A DNA stretch of 64,000 nt from a virus (taxonomy: Duplodnaviria; Caudoviricetes). Under the pieces are notes generated by a model. That model was not told the DNA's origin. It made no database searches and saw only the letters and a list, made by a program, of their open reading frames with translations. Made by a program: the position numbers and the translations under genes. The DNA lies in the IMG/VR virus record IMGVR_UViG_3300036453_000012, positions 1-64,000 of that record. One strand, given 5' to 3'. Shown here piece by piece: positions 18,045-28,200 of the stretch (the first letter of the stretch is position 1; every line of letters starts with the position of its first letter).

Positions 18045-18121
18045 TGAGAATCCTAGGTTGGTAATTAACCTTGCTTACTGCAAGGCTCAATAATTTTGTA
18101 TAGTCTTATTTTAGCTGACGA

Positions 18122-18151
18122 TTCAATATAGGTGTATTTTATTGGTATAAG
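18122..18151 (+). promoter_or_regulatory. Phage bipartite promoter in a diverged copy of the cassette repeat
   Basis: TTCAA-N16-TGGTATAAGAATAGTACA, then CAGAGA/TCTCTG hairpin and CCTACCAAGGA. Confidence 0.78.
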
Positions 18152-18203
18152 AATAGTACAGAGAAATATATCTCTGCAATAAAAGCCTACCAAGGAGTTT
18201 TAA

Positions 18204-18464
18204 ATGACTAAAACATTTAACTTGATTACTACCGTCACAGTTCTAAAGGGTCGTCATTGTGACTGGCGTTATCTGAATGACATTGATGCGGAAGAGTTCG
18301 CAGAGGAGTTTGAGGCTGACCGAGTAGAGGTGCCAGGGTACCTAGACCCGCAAGGCATCACTGAATACTTGCAGAAACAAGATGATGCTCGATATGAAGA
18401 GCATCGGCGTCAGGTTAGCGGAGGATACACCATTCACGGGCAGGCGATGCATCGTTCGGCGTAA
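18204..18464 (+). CDS. Acidic hypothetical protein
   Basis: 86 aa; AAGGAG SD. Confidence 0.75.
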   Translation: MTKTFNLITTVTVLKGRHCDWRYLNDIDAEEFAEEFEADRVEVPGYLDPQGITEYLQKQDDARYEEHRRQVSGGYTIHGQAMHRSA

Positions 18465-18532
18465 TATACGAACCCCCCGCTAACCCCGGGGGCTACCGCA
18501 TTAGGAATACAACTATCTATTAAGGAATTGGT

Positions 18533-18739
18533 ATGGCTTACGTTAGTATTAACAAAGGATTGCGTATTTCCGATAAGCACTACACTATCGACATGGATCA
18601 CGAATCTATCTGCAAGCTCATGGGTTTGATGATAAGATGTCACAACTCTACCGAAGGCCTTACGGTCGAGGACAAGAAGTACCTTCGTGACCTTGACGAT
18701 AAAATCATGGAGGCTCGTCAGCAAGGTACTCCGGCGTAG
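18533..18739 (+). CDS. Hypothetical protein
   Basis: 68 aa; AAGGA SD; followed by ATCCTC/GAGGAT plus T-tract terminator. Confidence 0.7.
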   Translation: MAYVSINKGLRISDKHYTIDMDHESICKLMGLMIRCHNSTEGLTVEDKKYLRDLDDKIMEARQQGTPA

Positions 18740-18806
18740 TATCTTAAGGACAACATCCTCACTAACCACGAGGATTTTTTTAATAGTCACCACTTAGAAC
18801 AAAACC

Positions 18807-19409
18807 ATGAAAACTACCTTGAATAAGATTAGAGCTAAAAATCCATGCCACTCCGGCTGGAGTATGTTAATGAGGGCATTGGGTAAGACAAGACCCGACG
18901 ACGAGCCTATCAGTATTGCTACAATTCTGAATAGCAACGGTTTAGAGGACGCATTATGGTGCCTTTCAGCAGTTGAAGGTTCGGATCGTGAAATTCGTTT
19001 GTTTGCAATATTTTGTGCTAGGCAAGTTCAGCACTTAATGACCAGTAGCCATAGTTTAAACGCGGTAGATGTTGCTGAACGTTTTGCAAATGGAAATGCA
19101 TCTGCGGAGGAGTTAGTTAGTACGTGGAACGATTCCGATAAAGTGTCTAAAGAGCTTTGGGAATTAGCGTATTCCTCCCCTACTGAATCAACGTTATCGT
19201 CTAGAATATCTCACGCAGCCGCGTCCGCCGCAAGACGGGTAACTATTTTATCGGCTGAACTGGCTGCGATATACGCTTCATGGGATGCCTTGCAGTGCAT
19301 AGAGTTAGAATCTCGTAAGAATAATCCACATCAAGATTACTGCACTTTATCAGCCAGAGGGGATGCTAAGAAGGAGCAGGAGAATAAGTTACGAGAGTTG
19401 TGCTCTTAA
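18807..19409 (+). CDS. Conserved phage protein (TTLNKIR..PC..GW..L family)
   Basis: ILNSNGLEDALWCL and IRLFAIFCARQV pattern. Confidence 0.7.
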   Translation: MKTTLNKIRAKNPCHSGWSMLMRALGKTRPDDEPISIATILNSNGLEDALWCLSAVEGSDREIRLFAIFCARQVQHLMTSSHSLNAVDVAERFANGNASAEELVSTWNDSDKVSKELWELAYSSPTESTLSSRISHAAASAARRVTILSAELAAIYASWDALQCIELESRKNNPHQDYCTLSARGDAKKEQENKLRELCS

Positions 19410-19447
19410 ATATAGTATTTATAAACCTAATGATACCAAGGAATTAT

Positions 19448-19573
19448 ATGCTTTTAAGTAATCCTTATTTGTGGTCTGGTGTACTTCAGATAGTAATTTG
19501 GGTAGGTTGGCTTACAGTAGTTTTCTATCGACCTAGATTTATTAAAAAAGTTTTTAAAATTTTTTCTGAGTAA
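19448..19573 (+). CDS. 41-aa membrane peptide (not in ORF track)
   Basis: MLLSNPYLWSGVLQIVIWVGWLTVVFYRPRFIKKVFKIFSE; AAGGA SD. Confidence 0.55.
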   Translation: MLLSNPYLWSGVLQIVIWVGWLTVVFYRPRFIKKVFKIFSE

Positions 19574-19777
19574 GAATTTATTATGAGTACCAAATTATTA
19601 AGACTATATCTGATAGCGTGCACTATGAAGCATCAGCTTGATCTTTTAAAAGTTTAGATTCCGGTAATAACAAAAGATCGTTTACAAAGTCGTAGAGTCC
19701 TCTGTTGCGTGTGGGGGGTCTGTAGGAACCGAAGTTTATAACACCGCTTATTATTTAACTCACCTGGAGTAATAGTC

Positions 19778-20017
19778 ATGACAGTAGCTTCTATGTATTT
19801 CGCAACGAACCACATAACCGGGAACCCCGTTCCCGTGTACCAAGGAGATAAGACTAAACCGGTTTTCTGCAGAGATTGCCGCTGCTCCCGGACCGAGCAG
19901 GAGATGTTGCCTGCCGATAAGAATGGTCGGAGAACTTGCGTAATATGCAAGGCAAGAAAGACGGCTCCGGTTAGGCCATTTTTGCCTAAGGTTCAGGGTC
20001 CAGTGTATCCCGGGTAA
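19778..20017 (+). CDS. Small zinc-finger-like protein
   Basis: CRDC...CVIC; GGAG SD. Confidence 0.55.
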   Translation: MTVASMYFATNHITGNPVPVYQGDKTKPVFCRDCRCSRTEQEMLPADKNGRRTCVICKARKTAPVRPFLPKVQGPVYPG

Positions 20018-20056
20018 ACGGCAAGGAATTTTCAATTAATTAAATAAGGAGTTGAT

Positions 20057-20680
20057 ATGGATAAGATCCAAGAGTTGTTCGAGCAGGTTCACTTAGGTGG
20101 AAATAAGCAACGTGCTTACAAAAATTCCACTACAGGTGATTACGTCAGCCCGTGTGTTCAGGACGCCTATTCTGGCTGGCGCTCAGCCCTGGAATATACG
20201 GAAGCAAGAGCCTACCCTAAACAGGACAACCCACCGTCCACTCCTGCCTCCACTTGGCGGGCCAACGGTGAACCTGATCCTCACGGAACACGTTACGACG
20301 GTGAGCGAGCTAAGCTCTGCCTAGGCAAAATGACGGACGATGAACTCGCCAATGCAGCGTATCTTAATTACGACACTCGCCCTTCGATACAAGATCTGCT
20401 TGACGGCAACGGCTTTATGCCGATTGTATATATGACTGCCGTGAAGGAGCGTATTCGTTGGCTGTCGAGGGCTTTACTGGCTAGAACAAAGCTAAGAAGT
20501 ATGGGTGATTCCCCTGTTAAAAATTGGTACTTTAATTGTGAGGGGCATTATGTAGACGTAAACCTAGATGATGACGGTAAATACTCCATTTTCTTCAAGG
20601 ATAGAAATACTGAAGACGAGGCTTGGTTGGATCAAGCAGATCTCCCGTCTGACCCATCAACCCCCGTGAACCCTGCCTAA
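20057..20680 (+). CDS. Hypothetical mosaic phage protein
   Basis: 207 aa; TAAGGAG SD. Confidence 0.75.
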   Translation: MDKIQELFEQVHLGGNKQRAYKNSTTGDYVSPCVQDAYSGWRSALEYTEARAYPKQDNPPSTPASTWRANGEPDPHGTRYDGERAKLCLGKMTDDELANAAYLNYDTRPSIQDLLDGNGFMPIVYMTAVKERIRWLSRALLARTKLRSMGDSPVKNWYFNCEGHYVDVNLDDDGKYSIFFKDRNTEDEAWLDQADLPSDPSTPVNPA

Positions 20681-21250
20681 ATCTATAAAGAAGCCTTTCA
20701 GTTGAAGGGCTTCTTGATTTACCCGCCAATCTTCTTCTACGGTGTAGGGGAATTGAATAGTGACTTTAAATTTCTCTATATCTTCTTTATCTACCTCAGG
20801 TTCCGAAACCTGCATAGGTAATCCAAAATCTTTAAAACCCATACTGTCACATAATAGCGGTCTAGTCCACACGATGAAGTGCGATACCATATCTGCAATA
20901 AGCTCACACGTACCTTCATTCCTAGCCTCTATTATAATAGCTGCTGTACCATTAATAAATACCTTGTTATATCTATCACTACTACCTCTTAGAGTAGATA
21001 CGCTTTCGCTATGAGATAGGTTATCTGATAGCCCTGTTTTTTGAATGTTAAAGGTTCCCCTAGTTACTAGTATCCTAGGTATCGCACCTATGCGTATTCT
21101 ATTAAAGTCGTTAACGGAAGATATTTCTAAGGTTCTAAGCTTATCATCTGGATCCCAGAATAATCCTGAGCTTTTAGCATAGTTAGCAAAGAAATATTTA
21201 AGAGGTTCCATTATAATAGTAGTAACCATAGCAGGAGAGAACTTAGGCAT
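20657..21250 (-). CDS. Tail completion/terminator-like virion protein
   Basis: 197 aa after neck gene; PRILVTRG...IIIEARNEGTCELIADMV pattern; position. Confidence 0.45.
   Translation of the reverse strand: MPKFSPAMVTTIIMEPLKYFFANYAKSSGLFWDPDDKLRTLEISSVNDFNRIRIGAIPRILVTRGTFNIQKTGLSDNLSHSESVSTLRGSSDRYNKVFINGTAAIIIEARNEGTCELIADMVSHFIVWTRPLLCDSMGFKDFGLPMQVSEPEVDKEDIEKFKVTIQFPYTVEEDWRVNQEALQLKGFFIDLGRVHGG
20688..20715. terminator. Bidirectional terminator
   Basis: AAGAAGCCTTTC-AGTT-GAAGGGCTTCTT at convergent junction. Confidence 0.65.
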
Positions 21251-21425
21251 AATGTCCTTTTTTAGTTTTACGAGGTTTGGAGTTTAGTTTCTGGTAGTGA
21301 CCATATAGGTCTTTGGCAGAATCCATAGTCTCTAATACCTTTTCTTCTTTAGAGTGTCCGGTAGCTACGACTAGTCTATGTAGTCCTCTACCTTTAGAAG
21401 CTATCTTCTCTAAATATTTATTCAT
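21243..21425 (-). CDS. Small basic protein with N-terminal NKYLEKIA tag
   Basis: MNKYLEKIASK. Confidence 0.7.
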   Translation of the reverse strand: MNKYLEKIASKGRGLHRLVVATGHSKEEKVLETMDSAKDLYGHYQKLNSKPRKTKKGHYA

Positions 21426-22300
21426 TTGTAATCCTCGGGAAAATCATTTTTAATTTTATCTATCAGGTAGTTCTCTATCGCTTCTTTACCTAGGATAACC
21501 ATAGTTAGAGTTTGTTTAACAGTCTTGGATTGAAGCTCTGTACAACTTACTTCCTCTATGCGATGTATCTCCCAGTCCCCAGACTTGATAAGGACATCGG
21601 AAGGGTGGGCCTCGGGAAAAGCTATGGTCCAACCGCTATTAGCGTTAGGCTCCGTCACACCATTATATCCGCGTTCCAGGGAATTACCTGTAGGATTGTA
21701 CTGTACATAGCAAGGAGCTGGTGCGTAAAAACCATCCTCAAATCCCGTACCTAAACAGGTATGACAATGATCTTTGGTGATCTTTTCAGTTTTGTAATCC
21801 CAACATTCAGTACATCTTTTTCCGTAAGTCTTACGTTTAAATAGAAAAGACTTGACTCCGACAAATTTAGATAGGAGAAAATATTCTCTACGGTTAATTT
21901 CCCTAGCCCTAATATCTGCAAAAGTAGAACGCTCAGTAGACCAAGTTACGGACTTAGATCTAATAATGGCGGAGCCGTCTTGGGGCACGGCCTCCACTAC
22001 ATAGAACCCGTTATTAAAGTTGCGGTATTCTTGGGTATCTTTATCTATTAGATAATTACCATTTATAGGGGTAAGGTTAAGCTTCTCAAATCCCGAGTCC
22101 TCCACCTGAGAAAAGTAGACATTAAATAAGCAAGTAGGCCACGTAGCTGGAACAGACCATTGTACCGCTATGTGTTTATACCATCTTGGATATAGAGTAA
22201 TATCTATGTCTGATGAGATTAGATTAGACGTAGATAGCTCTAAGTTTACCCCGAGTATGGGGGCAAAGAAGTAGCTGGGTTTGATAGAGTAGGATAGCAT
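21422..22300 (-). CDS. Neck/head-closure-like protein with Zn-binding CxxC pairs
   Basis: GKRCTECWD...HCHTCLGTGFEDGF; structural context. Confidence 0.55.
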   Translation of the reverse strand: MLSYSIKPSYFFAPILGVNLELSTSNLISSDIDITLYPRWYKHIAVQWSVPATWPTCLFNVYFSQVEDSGFEKLNLTPINGNYLIDKDTQEYRNFNNGFYVVEAVPQDGSAIIRSKSVTWSTERSTFADIRAREINRREYFLLSKFVGVKSFLFKRKTYGKRCTECWDYKTEKITKDHCHTCLGTGFEDGFYAPAPCYVQYNPTGNSLERGYNGVTEPNANSGWTIAFPEAHPSDVLIKSGDWEIHRIEEVSCTELQSKTVKQTLTMVILGKEAIENYLIDKIKNDFPEDYK

Positions 22301-22335
22301 GTTTCTATTTTAGATGTTACAGGGTAAATAGAAAA

Positions 22336-22365
22336 TTCAATAATAGACTTGTTTATTGGTATAAG
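22336..22365 (+). promoter_or_regulatory. Phage bipartite promoter
   Basis: TTCAA-N16-TGGTATAAG inside the late region, antisense to neighbours. Confidence 0.75.
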
Positions 22366-22370
22366 AATAG

Positions 22371-22509
22371 TATCAAGGAGTTTTAACAAACACTTCTCTG
22401 ATATGAAGTTGCAAGTGAAGTTCCCATTTGTCCCTGGTAGGACGAGTCCGGTGATTAATACTCACCTTTTCCGGGATTTGAGGTTATTCCCCTCATCCCG
22501 GATTTTTTT
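22371..22509 (+). ncRNA. Candidate ~140-nt small RNA
   Basis: Promoter, several hairpins, terminator 22470-22509; no well-placed SD/ORF; intergenic. Confidence 0.5.
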
Positions 22510-23509
22510 AGGTAGTAGAGGATACTACTATGGATCCTCCAAACATATCATAGTAGGTTACTATAGTATGTTTAAGACCATCATCTGAGGATGAACAATC
22601 CCTAATTGAACCTATGATATTTGGCGGTAACAATATGCTAGACCAAGTAGTACCTCCATTAGTTGAAGAATGAGCTGTACCGATAGGTGTACATACTAAT
22701 AGACTTAACCCATCAGCAGAGGACGTGCAAGACGCTTGTTCGTAACGATACGTTTGGTCATAAATTATCTCTGGAATAGTGGCTGCTAATGCCCAGTTTA
22801 CGCCAGAATCTATTGATCTCCAGACTCCCCCCGTAACACCGTCTAGTGCAATCTGTTTAGTCCCATCGGCCGATAATGCACAATCGACCCAATTTCCAGT
22901 AGGGCCTCTGGCAATCCAGTTAGCCCCGAAATCTACAGATGTTGCTAGGCGTCGAAAGGTAGTGGTCATTAACGCCATAGTACCTGATGAGGATAGTGCC
23001 ACAGTGCCCGTAGCGTCGTCTGAAAGGCTCATACTCCAAGTTGATCCGTAATCGCTAGATCTGTACATTCTACCAGACGTACGAAGGGCTAACAAATACT
23101 GACCACTAGACGAAGACGCACATTCCATCCAATTTCCAGAGTCACTGGCGGAAGTACCAGTCGTGCCTACTGTAGTTAGTAGCCAGGTTGAGCCATAATC
23201 TGTAGATAGATGTACCCTACCTCCTGGGTTAGTGGTATCAAGGGCTATCATACGTGATCCATCTGCAGACGTGGCACCCGCCACCCACTGCCCGGATATC
23301 CCCGTAGCAGTCCACGTAGATCCAGAATTCCTAGAGACGTGTAATTGCGTGTTGTATCCAAATGCAATTCGAGTGACTGCATCTGCTGAGACCGCACAAC
23401 CCATCCATTTACCTTTTGGTCCAACAGAAAACCAAGAGCTTACCTTCGCCACTGCGGCAGCAACTGTTGAAAAGAATTTTTTAATCATCATCTCATTATC
23501 CTCCCCCAT
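22508..23509 (-). CDS. BNR/Asp-box beta-propeller virion protein
   Basis: Repeats SRNSGSTW, STDYGSTW, SSDYGSTW, SVDFGANW, SIDSGVNW, STNGGTTW. Confidence 0.75.
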   Translation of the reverse strand: MGEDNEMMIKKFFSTVAAAVAKVSSWFSVGPKGKWMGCAVSADAVTRIAFGYNTQLHVSRNSGSTWTATGISGQWVAGATSADGSRMIALDTTNPGGRVHLSTDYGSTWLLTTVGTTGTSASDSGNWMECASSSSGQYLLALRTSGRMYRSSDYGSTWSMSLSDDATGTVALSSSGTMALMTTTFRRLATSVDFGANWIARGPTGNWVDCALSADGTKQIALDGVTGGVWRSIDSGVNWALAATIPEIIYDQTYRYEQASCTSSADGLSLLVCTPIGTAHSSTNGGTTWSSILLPPNIIGSIRDCSSSDDGLKHTIVTYYDMFGGSIVVSSTT

Positions 23510-24183
23510 ACTTTAGAGCCGCCATTCCTAGTCCATAAAAGAACAAAATCTGTTCCAGAGGATTGTAGAGTGTACCCGCTTGCAGAGAAGGATAGGGTAC
23601 TACTACCGTCAGCCTTTATCCAGTTAACACTACTACCCATGTCGAACCCGTAAAATCCTCCGCTCTGAATCTCTAGTAGTAGTTCTCCATAATAGCCTGA
23701 GGCGGGCCAATCAGATACTCTAAAAGTCATACCTGTAGTTAGGGGAGTGATTCCCTGTGCTTGACTTTTAATATATGACACGTAGAATATATTTGAGATG
23801 GGGGTAATCTCGTGAAATACAATTGGGCCTGAGATAACCGATAGGCCCGCTATGCTGGCAATTGCAGCTTCTCGTGCCGACTGTACTGAGTAGACCTCCG
23901 CTGTAATACTAGTAATAGCCGTAGCTTTTGAGGAGGTAATACCTGTAGTATTAAATAACGTAGCCACTTGAGCAGCCGCAGAATTTGCACTGGCTGCAGC
24001 CGCCGCTGCGCTAATAGAAGCCTCAGATGCTTTAGTAGCTATGCTAGACGCGTTACCTAGGATAGCTACCTGCGTGGTAACATTTGATACAACCGTATCT
24101 AGTACAGATTTTTTAACCAGAATCTGAGACAGTAACTCAGTAGTGGCAGTTGTTAAATCGGAGACTTGTTGCTCAATAGTCAT
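23488..24183 (-). CDS. Tail fibre-associated protein
   Basis: Ala/Ser-rich coiled N-terminus shared in style with 25267..30150; C-terminal beta domain. Confidence 0.55.
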   Translation of the reverse strand: MTIEQQVSDLTTATTELLSQILVKKSVLDTVVSNVTTQVAILGNASSIATKASEASISAAAAAASANSAAAQVATLFNTTGITSSKATAITSITAEVYSVQSAREAAIASIAGLSVISGPIVFHEITPISNIFYVSYIKSQAQGITPLTTGMTFRVSDWPASGYYGELLLEIQSGGFYGFDMGSSVNWIKADGSSTLSFSASGYTLQSSGTDFVLLWTRNGGSKVWGRIMR

Positions 24184-24210
24184 ATATCAGTCCTGTATTA
24201 ATCATATTCT

Positions 24211-24444
24211 TTATTTTAGTAGAGCTAGTAGAGAAAATCCTATTGCTCCACCAATATACGTAGCTATTGCATCCCAGATATCACAAGTGTGGTTCGGATG
24301 AAAGTAGTCATAAATCTCTTTACCCGTACCTGCTACAAATACCAGAACTAGAGCTGCTGCAGTTTCTAAAACCACCCAAGCCATTATAAATATCATAAAA
24401 CCTACTATAATATGTAATAATTTATCTTTAGGTATATTAGTCAT
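24211..24444 (-). CDS. Small multi-pass membrane protein (holin/VanZ-like)
   Basis: DKLLHIIVGF...GKEIYDY...DAIATYIGG. Confidence 0.55.
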   Translation of the reverse strand: MTNIPKDKLLHIIVGFMIFIMAWVVLETAAALVLVFVAGTGKEIYDYFHPNHTCDIWDAIATYIGGAIGFSLLALLK

Positions 24445-24763
24445 TAGATAGAAGACTTTTAGCTTGTGCGTGGGTAACTTTAGTTTTATATTTAGTTAGC
24501 ATATCCGCAGCTTGGTCTAGAGATATTCCACCAAGATCAATTTGTACTCTATATCCTCTTACTTCTGCTGCCAGTCTAAATTTGGGAGAGAACGCGTACC
24601 TTATTAACCAGGGTAATACTAAGCAAGATCTCTGCTCGTAATAGTGTACTAATTCATGTGCTATTAAAGGTTTGTTGGTTATTTGAGTAGGGTCCACAAA
24701 TATAAAAGGATACACGGTTAGTGCATCAAATTTAGAGGGTAAGAAAGTTGTTTGAATTATCAT
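24437..24763 (-). CDS. Small HExxH metallopeptidase-like protein
   Basis: LIAHELVHYYEQ...AEVRGY. Confidence 0.6.
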   Translation of the reverse strand: MIIQTTFLPSKFDALTVYPFIFVDPTQITNKPLIAHELVHYYEQRSCLVLPWLIRYAFSPKFRLAAEVRGYRVQIDLGGISLDQAADMLTKYKTKVTHAQAKSLLSND

Positions 24764-25230
24764 AAGTCTACTTTAGGAGGCACTGGATTTCGCAGGAGCA
24801 CTAAATCTAGGGTACTAACTGCAGCTTCATTCACTACTGCTTGAGCTATATTCCGCTCGTCCAAGTCTACGGCCAATGCTGGATTTGTTTCTTCGACACC
24901 TTCTACTTCAATAGTTTTAGGTTCTAGTACCTCCGGAATGGATAATCTTTGTTTAGCTGATTCATATTTTAGAACCAGTCTCAGTAAGACCATAGATGTA
25001 CGAGCTACATTACCAGCAATTGCAGCCGCTTCACATACGCTAGAGTAAGCCTGTACTTCTAGCTCCTCTTCTGTAGTTAAGGTGTACTGCCCCAACATAG
25101 CTGCAGTAACCTTTCTATTCATGATAACGGTTGCAGCGGTGGAAAATCTAGAGGCAATCATATCTTCTGTTCGACTTAAGATATCTGACTCACTCCATAT
25201 AATGTTTGACATTAAATTTACTATATTCAT
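24760..25230 (-). CDS. Fibre assembly/chaperone-like protein
   Basis: 156 aa immediately downstream of large fibre gene. Confidence 0.4.
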   Translation of the reverse strand: MNIVNLMSNIIWSESDILSRTEDMIASRFSTAATVIMNRKVTAAMLGQYTLTTEEELEVQAYSSVCEAAAIAGNVARTSMVLLRLVLKYESAKQRLSIPEVLEPKTIEVEGVEETNPALAVDLDERNIAQAVVNEAAVSTLDLVLLRNPVPPKVDL

Positions 25231-25266
25231 TTCTACTCCTGAAACGGGGCCTGAGCCCCTTTAACT

Positions 25267-28200
25267 TTAATTTGATCGAGCTGCTAATACTGATACCCAT
25301 ACTCCGTTACCAGGGCTTACCGCAAAGTTGATATACTCTACAAAGCCATCGAAGCTGCGGGTCCACGTCTTAGTGGCACCTTCACGCTTACGCAATTCCC
25401 CTGCGTACAATGTCTTTGCCGTGTAGCCCTTTGGCATAGAAAAGGTAGTCTGACCAAGGAGCACGCCCGTACCTGCTACGGTACACGCTGATGATAGAGT
25501 GTACGTGGTTCCACTGATGCCAACGATTGTGGTGCCTGATGGAACACCCGTACCGCTAATACCCATACCGAGATACGGAGTGCCTGTCGTGACAGCAACA
25601 GCAGTGATTGAGTTGGAAGATGCTGTTGTTGTTGCATTGAATCCAATTGTATCAAACTCAAAAGGAGTCATCAACTTTCCAATGGCTCTTGCAGCTTCAA
25701 TACGCTTCTTAATCTCAGTACGCAGAGACATCGAAGGCTGATACGTCTTCGAGGAAGAAGAAGAGGCAACAGACACCACACCATTGCTTGCAGAGATACT
25801 TGTCAGCGCACCGATGGTAGAAACTTCTGATTCAACACGCAGCAAATCCTTGAAAGAAGAACGACCCCAAGATGTACCTACTTGCAGAAGATCAGTCGAA
25901 TCATCGTATGTCATCGCTGTAATAACCGAAGAGTTTCCGTCAATTGTGCATTGCGCACCGGGTTGAAACAGTGGCAATTCGGTGCGGTAAGCATAAGCTA
26001 TTTGATCCGCACTTGGCACGGTTGCAGAAATTCTAGTTAATGCAATTGTGCCAGGGAAGGGGGTATCTAAATTAAAACTATTACCAACAGTTAATACTGC
26101 TGTGCTATTACTTATTGACAGAAGTTGCAGCCCATTACTCTTAGCGACTTCAACACCATTGACTGCAATTGCTAAAGAGCCGTCATTTTTGTAATAAGCA
26201 AAAACTTGTACTGGAAGACCAGTATTAACAGGTGAGGGTGTTATAGTATTACGTGTGTTTACTCCGTCATACGCTGTAACGCTCAAGAGTCCTGTTCCAT
26301 CGATACCGAATTTAATACTCGAATTAATGGAGGATCTTAATACAGCAGGCGCGGCAGGGTTGTAAATAGCAGTTTGACCCACAGTGTATAGCCCAGGTGA
26401 AACACCTTGATTAACTTTTAAACCCCAGGCATAGATACCCGAGATACCGTCCCCTAAATACGAATCTCCTTGATTTGCGTCAATAGTCCCGTCTATTTCT
26501 GTGGATACTGAAAAACCAAGATTTATATTTACCGCAGAGGTAGAACATAGAGAAACCCTGAACCATCCGTTACCAACTGGTGTGATATTTGCGGAATTAA
26601 TATTTATACCTGATACAACTTGCTGTGTAATTAAACCGTTAATAAGGTCAATACGCAAACAAGCTCGAACGCTGTTACCTACCGAGAATACGCTTGCAAA
26701 TGAGCGTTCTCCAGCTTTTAAATAAACACTAAAAGCCGTAGTAATACCCGAAGCTAATCCGGTAAGTGGAAACGAAGATACACTGTGTATAGCATTCGTA
26801 GTGTTTTCAACAATTTTGTCTGCTGTAGTTGTTCCATCTGGTGCTACTATAGCATTAGAAATTATACTACATGAATTTTTAGACCAGTATGAATTTTCAA
26901 GTTGCTCAGGGTATTGAACAAGGTTGGCCGCATCACACCCATACAAAGTGTTAATCCACATTCCAATACACCAATCTCCCGGCCCAAAATCCAAAGAAGA
27001 ACTATAAGGTTGACGTAAATAATTTAAATTAGAAAAGCCAGAATAAGCAACAAGGTTTGCACCAATGGCAACTGGAGCTTTAGTCAATGTACCGTTGAGA
27101 ATCAGTCCATTGTTTTTAACTGATCTATCAGAGACTGCCAGCTTACAGGAGATGTTGTCGTAAGTTGCGGTACTTGTAGCAGCACTGGCAGCTACGAGTC
27201 CAAATGACAAATAGTTAGCAGTAGCGATAAAATATGCTAAATGTTTTCCAACAGTTTGAGGATAGTAATACCCAGGGCCTGTTTGCGGAAAAAACGTAGC
27301 TCCTGGAGAGGAAATACCACTTCCAGGTACAATAATCTCAAATTGCAAACAATATCTATTACCAATAATTAAATTGTTAATAGTTTGAAACGCTTGCGGC
27401 CATCCTGCTTGAGTTCCAGTTATAACTAACTGACCTGACCCATTAACCGATAGTGAATCACTTGAAGTCCACCCATTTGTATCAACATCAAAGGTGCCAT
27501 TTTTTATTAACTCTCCAGACGCTGTAATCGTTTCAGCGATAGTATCCGCAAGAGTTGCGAGGCGAGAATCCCCTACTTGCCAGCCTGTGTTGTAGGATGT
27601 ATTAATAGCAGCATAAAGTGATTTTCCAAAAGATGTATAATCTTCTTTTATAACACCAACACCACCCCCAATACCTATAGCTCGGCCATAAATAGCATTG
27701 TTTTTTGCATAGCAGACCCTAATAGCTTGAACAGCGCCTATAAGTCCTATTCCTGCAATGCCGCTAGTAGAAACATACTCAGTGTAAGCAGGGGCAATTG
27801 TTTTTCTGTAATGGGCGCTATTTTCACCCATGCACACAACGTTATTCATAATGTCAAAAGCAACGGTGGCGGCACCAAAGTTAATGATTTGAGAATTTGC
27901 TACTGTACCGTCATGTTTAATAACACTAATTCCACCAGTAGTTGCTATAGCAATAGTCGGAACCTTAAGGCCAGTTGCCGGATCAACAGGTGCGTTATCG
28001 AGAACTGTAACTGCAATGTCGTTGACTACGTAAGACACTAATGCAAACTCCGGGGCTTTAACTCTACCGTTATGGGTTTGAATACCTTTTGTTGAGGTAA
28101 AATTATAGATTTTTCCAGCCCAGTAAGCACCATTGTCCATATTATTAGATAACAAGGAGCCTGCTATAAAATTTAGTATTGAAATACCATTACCTGAGTA

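Noticed and set aside
19650-20040. tmRNA or other large ncRNA
   Set aside because: No tRNA-like acceptor or T-arm ends; an SD-supported zinc-finger ORF explains most of the region
22385-22470. Hammerhead ribozyme (CTGATATGAAG ... GGACGAGTCC)
   Set aside because: The core CUGAUGA/GAAA is not intact or in the right order
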